Source: Leucoraja ocellata
Taxonomy: Eukaryota
NCBI GenBank assembly: GCA_036785375.1
Contig: JAWMAR010001141.1
Span: 62,001-126,000, forward strand
Direction: 5' to 3'
Length of the DNA stretch: 64,000 nt
The number at the start of each line of letters is the position of its first letter. The first letter of the stretch is position 1. The position numbers and the translations under genes are program-made. Below the pieces are notes generated by a model. It searched no databases. It was not told the DNA's origin and worked only from the letters and a program-made list of their open reading frames with translations. Below, in pieces: positions 24,299 to 35,422 of the stretch.

Positions 24299-27200
24299 GT
24301 CTCGGCTACGTTGGATCGGTTTGGTCCCTGCAGTGCGTTTGAGTTGTCCTCTTCCTCATTCACAACTGAAGTCAAACAGTCAATTTCCGTTTACACAGGA
24401 AACGACTTTGCAGTGGTTCAAGACTAACTTGGTGACTCACTTGTCACCTCCCCCAGCCTCCTCACCACGGACAATGCCCCTATCAGGAGTGAGCTACAAC
24501 ACTCTCCAGTTGCCTGGATTGGAGCATCTCCTCGAAGCTCTGCTTCATCCTGGTGACGTTTGCCCACTTGACTGGCGCTCTGTCCACCACCGCAAACATT
24601 CCCTTGCCCACCCCCTCAATCCCCTCCCCCAAATGCGGGCACACTGTGTCTGAACTTGTATGGGATTAGGAGGCAGAGATGAGCCATGTTTGAATGGCAG
24701 AGTTGACTGGATGGGCCGAATGGCCAAATTCTACTCCTGGAATGTGTGAACTTGTGATCTGTTTACCCACCACAAAATGCGCGTCACTAATTTGTCCAGC
24801 CTTCCTCAGCTTCTCATCTGTTGAAACGTTACCCAGGAGAAATAAGACACCAACGGAACGGAGATGAGGAAACACTTTATCACCCAGTGAGTTGTGAGTC
24901 TGTGGAATTCTCTTCCTCAGAGAGCGGTGGAGGCCGGTTCTCTGGACACTTTCAAGAGTGAGCTAGATAGGGCTCTCTTAAAGATAGCGGAGTCAGGGGA
25001 TAAGGGGAGAAGGCAGGAACGGGGATTATGGATGATCAGCCATGATCACATTGAATGGTGATGTCGGCTCGAAGGGCCGAATGGCCTACTCCTGCACCTA
25101 TTGTCTGTTGTCTATCGTCAAATGCGAACTGATAAGTCAACTCACGTCACCAGATAAACTCCTTGAAAGTATTCAAATACCTGAGCATCGGAGACTGGGT
25201 AAAGCTGAGTTTGAGGATGTGATTCATAAAATCATAGAGTGATACAGCAGGGAAACAGCTTGCCCAATGCTAATCAAGATGTCCCATGTACGCTGGTCCC
25301 TCTTTAGTTTAGTTTAGTTTAGAGATACAGTGGGGAAACAAGCCATCTGGCCCACTGTGTCTGCACCGTCCAGTGATCCCTGCACAGCAACACAAATGTT
25401 TACATTTACACCAACCCAATTAACCTACAAACCTGTACGTCTTTGGAGTGTGGGAGGAAACTGAAGTTCTCGGGAAAACCCACGCAGGTCACTAGGAGAA
25501 AGTACAGACTATGTACAGACAAGCACCTGTAGCCAGGATTGAACCCGGGTATCTGGCGCTGTTATACAATGTAAGTCAGCAACTCTACTGCTGTGCCACC
25601 GTAAAAACCAGGCCTGCATTTGACCCCTGTCCCTACAAACCTTTCCTATCCACGTACCTTGTCCTAATGCTTTTCAATGTTGTTACTAGTACCAGTCTCC
25701 ACTAGCTCCTCTGGACATGTTCCTTCCATGTACCCATCAGCTTCTGTGAGATAATATTGTTGAGGTAGGATTAGGGTTGTGTGAGGGGAGAAGATAAAGG
25801 AGATTGCATACACTAGAATCTGGAACAATAGGCAGAACACCTGAAAAACTCAACGGGTCAAGCAGCATCTGTGGAGACAAAAAGTGTATGTTTGTATTCC
25901 GGCCGAGACACTACCTCGGGACTGAAGGTAAAAACTGGATCTTTACCGATATAAGAGGAGATGGGTCAAACGGGGGCAAGTGGGACTAGTGGATTAGGAC
26001 GGCACGGTGGTGCAGTGGTAAAGCTGCTGACTTACAGTGCTTACAGTCGGGTTTGATCCCGACTACGGGTGCTGTCTGTATGGAGTTTGTACGTTCTCCA
26101 TGTGACCGCCTGGGTTTTCTCCGAGATCTTCAGTTTCCTTCCACACTCCAAAAACGTATAGGTTTGTAGGTTAGTTGGCTTGGAATAAGTGTAAATAGTC
26201 CCTAGTGCGTGTAGGATAGTGTTAATGTGTGGGGATTGCTGTTTGGTGCGGACTCGGTGGGCCAAAGGGCCTGTTTCCACGCTGTACCTCTATACTAAAC
26301 TAGTGCAGGTGGGCAGTTTGGTCAGCATGGTCAAGTTGGGAAGACGGGCCTGTTTCTGTGCTATATGACTCTATGAGTTTAACGCAGGTGACAGTGCCCC
26401 GCCCTGCTCTGCCCCACTCCCTTTACCCTGGCAATGTGACATGTGGGTGGATTTGGACTTGACCATAGTTCTCCACACGTCACAGACCTGATAACCCACC
26501 CTGCATAGTCATACCAACCCTAACCCGAAGAACCAATGACTTGGTTTCAAAATATTTACACTGGTGTTCAAATCTTCTTATCAACTTCACAACTTCCTAT
26601 TTCTCAAAAACAGACATGTAATGCTGGAGTAAATGGGCCAGGCAGCATCTCCAGAGAACATGGATAGGTGATGTTTTGGGTTGGGACCCTTCTTCAGGCT
26701 GATTGTGGTAGGGGGGAGAGAGCTGGGAGAGAGGTGGGGGAAGGATGATGCCTGGCAAGTGATAGGTGGATACAGGTGAGGGAGGGAGGGTTATTGGCTG
26801 ATGGGTGGATGAAGGTCAGAGATGGAAAGAAGATAAAAGGCTGTGAGATATGGAGAGAAGAGGCATGAAATGTGAAGCTGGAAGAAAGGATATATATATG
26901 TGGAAAGGGACGGAGGTTAGTGGAAAGGATTGTTGTGGGTTAGTTACTTAAAACTAGAAAATTCAATGTTCCCACCATTGGGTTGCAATCTACCCGAGCA
27001 GACTATCAGATATTACTGCATCTGTACTTCCTTGTGGCTTCCTGTTTCTCAACCTGTACTTCCTTGTGGCTTCCTGTTTCTCAACCTATTTTGACGTGAG
27101 TTGCTCACATTGTGTTGTAACACTGCTACACTGGAGATGGCGAGGCTCGTTCTGGGTGATATTTGTGGGGTTGGGTTAGCTGTAGGTGGAACTGCAACCG

Positions 27201-27844
27201 CCCCCAGAGACCCCGGTTCGATTCTGATCTCCGGCGCTATCAGTAAGGAGTTTGCACGTTCTCCCTGTGACAGCGTGGGTCTCCTCTGGGTGCTCCGGCT
27301 TCCTCCCACATCCCAAAGACGTGTGGCTCTGTAGGTTAATTGGCCCTCTTGTCGAATTGCACTCAATGTGTAGGGAGTGCATGCAAAAGTGGTGTGTGGA
27401 CGTGGGACTAGTGTGAACGGGTGATCGATGGTCAGCATGGACTCGGTGGGCCGAAGGGTCTGTTTCCATGCTGTATATCTAACCAGCATGTGATTCGATG
27501 CCAAATTCAACCTGACCATGGTGCTGTGAAGAATCTCAAGACTTTTACACACCTTTAAGGCACAGTTGATATGTAAGTTGCAGATGCATTATTGCAAAGA
27601 ATTGCTCAATAAACCTATAGTCAGAGGGTGATGAATCTGTGGAACTCAATAGACAATAGATAATAGGTGCAGGAGTAGGCCATCCGGCCCCTCGAGCCAA
27701 CACCACCATTCAATGTGATCATGGCTGATCATCCCCAATCAGTACCCCGTTCCTGCCCTTTCCCCAGATCCCCTGACTCTGCTATCTTCAAGAGGCCTAT
27801 CAAGCTCTCTCTTGAAAGTATCCAGAGAACATCTGTGGATATTT

Positions 27845-29630
27845 TTAAGGGAGACATAGACAATAGATGCAGGAGTAAGCCATTTGGCCCTTCTAGCTAG
27901 CACCGCCATTCAATGTGATCTTGGCTGATCATTCCCAATCAGTACCCCGTTCCTGCCTTCTCCCCATATCCCCTAATTCCGCTTTGTTTAAGAGCCCTAT
28001 CTAGCTCTCTCTTGAAAGCATCCAGAGAACCTGCCTCCACCGCCCTCTGCGGCAGAGAATTCCACAGACTCACCACTCTCTGTGACAAAATGTGTTTCCT
28101 TATATCCGTTCTAAATGGCTTACTCCATATTCTTAAACTCTGGCCCCTGGTTCCGAATTCCCCCAACATCGGGAACATGTTTCCTGCCTCTAACGTGTCC
28201 AAGCCCTTAACAATCATATGTTTCAATGTGATCTCCTCTCAACCTTCTAAACTCCAGAGTGTACAAGCCCAGCTGCTCCGTTCTCTCAGCATATGACAGT
28301 CCCGCCATCCCGGGAATTAACCTTGTAAACCTACGCTGCACTCCCTCAATAGCAAGAATGCCCTTCCTCAAATTAGGGGACCAAAGCTGCACACAAGACT
28401 CCAGGTGTGGTCTCACTAGGGCTCTGTACAACTGCAGTAGGACCTCTTTCCTCCTATTTTCGATTCCTCTTGTTATAAAGGCCAACATGCCATTCGATTT
28501 CTTGCCTGCCTGCTGTACCAGCATGCTTACTTTCATAGACTGATGTACAAGGACCCCCCAGATCCCGTTGTACTTCCCCTTTTCCCAACTTGACACCATT
28601 TAGAAAGTAATCTGCCTTCCTGTTTTTGCTACGAAAGTGGATAACCTAACATTTATCCGCATTAAACTTCATCTGCCATGCATCTGCCCACTCCTCCGAC
28701 CTGCCCAATTCACCCTGCATTCTCATAGCATCCTCCTCGCAGTTCACACTGCCACCCAGCTTTGTGTTATCTGCAAATTTGCTAATGTTATTTTCAATCC
28801 CTTCATCCAAATCATTAATGTATATTGTAAATTGCTGCGGTCCCCGTACCGAGCCTTGCGGTACTCCACTAGTCACTGCCTGCCATTCTGAAAGGGACCT
28901 TTTAATCCCAACTCTCTGCTTCCTGTCTGCCAACCACTTCTCTATCCGTGTCAGCACTCAACCCCCAATACCATGTGCCCTAATTTTGCCCATTAATCTC
29001 CTATGTGGGACTTTATCAAATGCTTTCTGAAAGCCCAGGTACATTACATCCACTGGCTCTCCCTTGTCCATTTTCCTACTTACATCTTCAAAAAATTCCA
29101 GAAGATTAGGCAAGCATGATTTCCCCTTCGTAATTCCATGTTGACTCGGACCGATCCTGTTACTGCTATCCAAATGTTCGGCTATTTCACCTTTTATAAT
29201 TGACTCCAGCATCTTCCCCACCACCGATGTCAGGCTAACTGGTCTATAATTCCCTGTTTTCTCTCTCCCGCCTTTCTTAAAAAGTGGAATAACATCCAAT
29301 GGTGGGACAGGGAATAACAATCCACAGGAACGAATCCTGAGTCTATAGAAAATTATCACCAATGCATCCACGATTTCTAGAGTCACTTCCTTAAGTACCC
29401 TGGGATGCAGACCATCAGGCCCTCGGGATTTAGCAGCCTTCAGTCCCATCAGTCTATCCAACACCATTTCCTGCCTATTGTGGATTTCCTTCAGTTCCTC
29501 TGTCACCCCCAGATCCTCTGGCCACGTCCATATCATGAAGATTGTTTGTGTCCTCCTTAGTGAAGACAGATCCAATGTATCTGTTCATCTCATCTGCCTT
29601 TTCCTTGTTCCCCATAATAAATTCACCTTT
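27845..29630 (-). mobile_element. HER1/CR1 LINE RT fragment (largely deleted in the paralog at about 46670-47190)
   Basis: ORFs 28958..29575, 28646..28957, 28207..28599 and 27939..28226 carry RT motifs. Confidence 0.92.
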
Positions 29631-31249
29631 AACGGTGGATAGATGGATTCTTTCGGATTAATTAGTCTGAATTTAATTAGTACAGGTGTCAGAGGTTATG
29701 GGGAGAGGCAGGAAAATGGGTTAGGAGGGAGAGATGGATCGGCCATGATTGAATGGTGGAGTAGACTTGATGGACTGAATAGCCTATGTCCTACAGTGGT
29801 ATAGCCAGGCAGCACACCCTCCCATGAGATCAAGGACCTCCTGTGTGATAATAGATTGCAAGATCAATTCCAGGTCATGTTCATAAGTTATAAGAGCAGA
29901 ATTAGGACATTCGGCCCATCAAGTCCACTTCGCCATTCAATCAATCACGGCTGTCTATCTTTCCCTCTTGACCCCATTCTCCTGCTTTCTCCCGTAACCC
30001 CTGACACCCGTACTAATCTAGAATCTATCAATCTCAGCCTCAAATATCCATTTGACTTGACCTCCACATCCTTCTCTGCAATATTTCCACAGATTCACCC
30101 ACCCTCTGACAAAGACATTCCTTCTCAAAGAATGTCCTTTTATTCTGAGGCTAGGGCACAGATTCATCACCCTCTCTCTCTCGAGGGTGGCTTGGGTGAC
30201 TTTCACAGGCTAACTGAGCCCACCATGGGCCAGTGTAGACATGTAGCGAAAGATCAACAAGGCAAGCTGTAGGTAGTTATCTCCCTTCTCTACAGGGAGC
30301 TAGCTGTGTGCAATTTGGTTGCACACAACACGACGACAATCGTTGATGGAACGATGGAGTGTTGAGCAGTTTATCATTAGCACCTCACCCAGTACAGTGA
30401 GGCCCGTGGGCTAAACATCATTCAAGGCGCTGAGTAAATAATTCTAAAGAACAGAGCATTTTGTAATGGTTCGCACCAGAATAGTGGAGGATCTCCTTGT
30501 TCTGGGGCAAGTGGTATCCCATCAACCAAGGACACCAAAGTCATCTGTAGGATAGTTGTTGTTTTTTAAAGGGAACTTGTTGTGTCCAAATTAGATGCAC
30601 ACAAGTCTACAAGGGCGGAATGTAGAAACAAGGAACTTCAGATGCTGGTTTATACCACAGATAGGCACAAAGTGTTGGAGCATCTCAGCGGGTCAAGCAG
30701 CTTCTCTGGACAAAAAGGATGGGTACATTTCTCGATTGGGACCCTTCAGAGTGGTCCTGACCTCCCAACTACTCCATTCGAGACCTTGGAACTATCTTTA
30801 ATGGATTTTACTAGACTGTATCTGGCATTGAACATTATTCCCTTTATCCTGTACCTGTGGACGGCTCGATTTGTAATCGTATACAGTGTTTTCACTGACT
30901 GGGTAGCATACACACAGAAAAGCTTTTCACTGCACCTCGGTACACGTGACTATAATTGGCTAACTAAAGAGGTTGCCACAGATTCCTTGAATGCAAAAAT
31001 GAAGTAATTGAGACTTTCAGAATGGGTTGGGTTTCACATGGTTTTTCAATGTGTGACCTGTGTTAGGTTTAACATTTCCCACGCTGTTTCTAGTAGGAGT
31101 CCTGTGTGACTTTACCACGCTAACCGAGCCACACCAAGGCCCAGTGTTGGGTTCTGCAGTGCAAACTCAGTGGGTGAAAACTATTGAGTGAGTTAGAGAG
31201 ATGTTGGTTCAGTTCCCACTCCAGAACGCCGAGCACGGAGGGAGAGTTA

Positions 31250-31690
31250 ACCATATAACCATATAACAATTACAGCACGGAAACAGGCCATCTCGGCCCT
31301 ACAAGTCCTATGCCGAACAACTTTTTTTCCCCTTAGTCCCACCTGCCTGCACTCATACCATAACCCTCCATTCCCTTCTCATCCATATGCCTATCCAATT
31401 TATTTTTAAATGATACCAATGAACCTGCCTCCACCACTTCCACTGGAAGCTCATTCCACACCGCTACCACTCTCTGAGTAAAGAAGTTCCCCTCATATTA
31501 CCCCTAAACTTCTGTCCCTTAATTCTGAAGTCATGCCTCTTGTTTGAATATTCCCTATTCTCAAAGGAAAAGCTTGTCCACATGAACACTGTCTATCCTC
31601 TCATCATTTTAAAGACCTCTATCAAGTCCCCCTTAACTTCTGCGCTCCAGAGAATAAAGACCTAACTTATTCAACCTATCTCTGTAACTG
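31250..31690 (-). mobile_element. CR1-subfamily 3' fragment with (ATATGGTT)n tail, present only in unit 1
   Basis: Absent at the paralogous site about 51030 (gagagttgtactgag). Confidence 0.75.
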
Positions 31691-32831
31691 TTGTACTGAG
31701 TAGTACTGAGGGAGCTCCGCAATGGAAACATAGAAGCATAGAAAATAGGCGCTGGAGTAGGCCATTCGGCCCTTCGAACCAGCACCGCCATTCATTATGA
31801 TCGTGGCAGATCAACATAAATCAGTACCCGTTCCTGCTCTCTCCCCATATCCCTTGATTCCGTTTTGTTTCTAAGCACTGTGTCTAAAGTTGCTGGAGGT
31901 GCTGTCACTCTGATGAGGCATTTAGCTGGCCTGCTGCTCTGCTGTCTGCTCTCACAAGCCTGCTCTCTCTCTTCAGAGCGGCACGGTGGTGCAGCGGTTT
32001 GCTGCTGCCTCACAGCGCCAGAGACCCGGGTTTGGTCCTCTCTACGGGTGCTGTCTGTGTGGAGTTTGAATGTTCTACCTGTGACCTCATGGGTTTCCTC
32101 CAGGTGCTCCGGCTTCCTCCACATCCCTAATCCATGCGAGTTTGTAGGGTTAAATACCTCTGCAAGATTGTCGCAAATCTGTAGGGAATGGATGAGAAAG
32201 TGGGATAACAGAACTAGTGTGTGTACAGGTAGACAACAATGCTGGAGAAACTCAGCGTTTTTGTCTACCTTCACTTTTCCAGCATCTGCTGTTCCTTCTT
32301 AAACATAGTGTGTACAGGTGATCAGTGGTCGGCATGGACTCGGTGGATCAATGGGCCTGTTTCCATGCGCTATCTCTAAACAAACTAATTCTACTCTTAT
32401 CACTTATGACTTTATGACAAAATTCAGCCATCTTTTATTACATTGGATTATTTTAATCATTATTCAATGTGCAGGGTTTCACACAGCAATTCAATTGGTA
32501 GTAAAGTTAAAAGTTCACATTCTGGAAAGCCAGCTTTGAGTTCTAGTCATGTTCTGCTGTCCTTTGGGTGAATGTCAGGATGTACAGACGTGTCTGCAAA
32601 CATAGTTACAGAATTCGGCCATTTGCTCCATCCGAGTCTACTCTGCCATTCAATCATGATGATCTATCTTTCCCCTCCATCCCATTCTCCTGCCTTCTCC
32701 CCTCAACCTTTGAACACCTGAGTAAACCTGTCAATCTCCAATTTAAAAATATCCCATTGACTTGACCTCCACAGCCGCCTGTGACAATGAATTCCACAGA
32801 TTCATCACCCTCTGGCTAAAGAAATTCCTCC

Positions 32832-32934
32832 TCAAGTGGTCAAGGTAGATTGGACATAGGTGTGGTGTGGTGATGCTGTAGGGTCAAGGTGATGAGATTT
32901 GTACATCTCCAACTGGTGAACGCCCTCTCTGGCC
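32832..32934 (-). CDS. Candidate alternative cytoplasmic exon of gene 3 (paralog 52165-52267 for gene 4)
   Basis: Strong acceptor gtttagcttttcag, phase 2 compatible with AAAAG|gtgaaa at the end of the TM exon; reads RAREGVHQLEMYKSHHLDPTASPHHTYVQSTLTT*. Confidence 0.4.
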
Positions 32935-34227
32935 CTGAAAAGCTAAACGATGATTATTGGGCGTCATTTCCGTCAGAATAACAATATTGATATAACGATT
33001 ACCCTTCATTTTTATCTTATTCTTCTAACGCGTGTCCACAGTTCATTACGTAATCATTTAACCGTTTTTACATCCCCATTGTTCAATGGTTCAATGGTAC
33101 TTTATTGTCTCATGCACATGCGTACAGTGACATTTCTTTTGTATAGAATTCAGTAAAAATCTTACTTGATATAAGCACAGCTGAAGCTAAGAACAAGAGT
33201 ATTAATAGCAGATTATATGATGCAGTACACAAGAGTTGCCACATTACTGGCAGTATCTTATATTCTTAAACATCAAACTGGGCTTAAAGGCCATTTTATT
33301 TGGGTTTAAAGGCCCGTTGTCATGGAGACGGCACTGGGTGGGAGTTGCAGGGGTCGGCCTGGCCTGGCGATGTTGTCGGTGCCTCCACCACCGCTCCGTG
33401 CCGCTGCAGGCCGTGTCCGATCCGCGCGCTCGTCCCCGACTCTGTGGGGCCTCCAGCGGCACCCGATCCACTGGCTGCTGCAGGGCCTCCAGCAGCCCAC
33501 TCGCACTCCGCCCACACCTCGACCCACCAACGCACCCTTTTCCCCTGCCTCCCACGGCCGTCTCCATGCGAGGTGAGGCCTCACCCAGCCAGCTCACCGG
33601 CGCTGTTCCTCTCCTTCCTCCACCACTGCCGACCCCATCTCCAAGGTCTTGGCTTTTTTTTCCTTGAATAACAATTAAAACACAGTTTATAATCTCCACC
33701 ATCAAATTTTACCCGAGGAAATGACCCAGGGCGGCACAGTGGCGCAGCGGTAGAGTTGCTGCCTTACAGCGCCAGAGACCCGGGTTTGATCATGACTACG
33801 GGTGCTGTCTGTACGGAGTTTGTATGTTCTGCCTGTGACAGCGTGGGTTTTATCTGGGTGCTCCGGTTTCTTACCACAATCCAAAGACGTGTAGTTTTGT
33901 AGGTTAATTGGCCTCTGTATAATTGTAAATTGTCCCTCGTGTGTAGGATAGTGCGAGTGTACGGGGTGATCATTGGTCGGCGCGGACTTGATTGGCTGTA
34001 TACCCTTTAATAATATCTGACAATGTGCACTTTAACCACGTGTGATTTTTTCAATTACAAATCTCAAATTGTGGAATACAGAGGCAAATAAATAAATGAA
34101 GGGTCTTTGTCCCAAACATTATGGAGGGCGCTGTATGTCCACACTTTATCTCTACAAATCGAAAGTAAATTCCCATCATTTCCAGTTGAATTTAATGTGA
34201 ACATCAGAGTGAAGAGATTGCAAACTT

Positions 34228-34342
34228 TCACCTTTTCAAAGTTGTCACACAGCTGATGGAAACCGGGAAGAGAAGCAGAATTCCAAAGAGTACCCAGCGT
34301 AACACACCCCAAACACGGCAAACGATGTTCAGCATGGTGTCC
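34228..34342 (-). CDS. Gene 3 transmembrane exon with charged Arg (activating type)
   Basis: Acceptor ttccttggatttccag, phase 2 matching the stalk donor. The correct frame (VWGVLRWVLFGILLLFPVSI) is not in the ORF track. Confidence 0.82.
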
Positions 34343-35391
34343 CTGGAAATCCAAGGAAATATTATTACTTCCACACAGAGTTACCACAGATCAACGCTGG
34401 CAATTTTCTTTCATCATATTGCCCCTGGAATCATTCAGTGTGATCCAAGGTTTTGGCGTGGACATTGGTGAGATGTTGATATCGCAACATGCACCCATTC
34501 CTTGGAGGTGTTCCATGACTACATACATTAACAACTTAGATGTTCATTTTGATGGTCAGACATAGAGCACGAAAACATGTCCTTTGACCCAATTTCCCCC
34601 ACGCCGACCAAGATGTCCTTATCTACACTAGTCCCATCTGCCGGCCTTAGATGTTAATGTTGGAAGTATGATTTACGAGTTTACAGATTACACCAACATT
34701 GTCTCATTTTGGATAGTACGATAATCATAGACCACAGAGGGATAAGAAGCAACTGGTATGTTGGGCAGAGCAATGCCAGCAGGTATTGAACTGTGATAAG
34801 TGTGAAGTTATTTGTTTTTGGCATCATGTAAGGGTAGACATTCACAATGGTAGGGCCACTGGGTGTACTAAGGACAGAGGGACTTTAGTCAGGGCCAAGG
34901 AGTATTTATCAATGGACTGGAATGTGATCAGCCACGCTTTCTCAAAGTACTGGGACTTTGAGTCACTGACCTGTGTCGAGGCGATGAACCAGGAGTCCCT
35001 GGTGGTCGATGCTTCTGGAGGCAGAGTGGGTGTGGTGGTTCCTGAGGTGGTGGTGACCATATTTTAATCCAGTTTAGTTTAATTTTGAGATATAGCGCGG
35101 AAACAGGCCCGACGGCCCATGGAGTCCACACCGACCATCGATCCTCGCACACTAACACTAGGCTACACACACACTAGGGTCAATTGACACATACGCCAAG
35201 CCAATCTACTTACATACCTGTATGTCTTTAGAGTGTTGGAGGAAATCAAAGATCTCAGAGAAAACCCATGCGGTCGTGGGGATAACGTACAAACCCCGTA
35301 CAGGCAGCACCTGTAGTCGGGATCGAACCTGGGTCTCTGGCGCTACAAGCGTTGTAAGGCAGCAACTCTACCGCTGCGCCACCGTGCAACC

Positions 35392-35422
<31 letters not shown>

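Noticed and set aside
33236-33705. GC-rich block with many overlapping ORFs (paralog 52551-53012)
   Set aside because: ORFs are open in several frames due to GC content, have low-complexity translations, and the frames are not conserved between the two copies; probably a repeat fragment.
34064-34471. ORF-track proteins 34064..34387 and 34256..34471
   Set aside because: Wrong frame or strand overlapping the real phase-2 TM exon 34228-34342.
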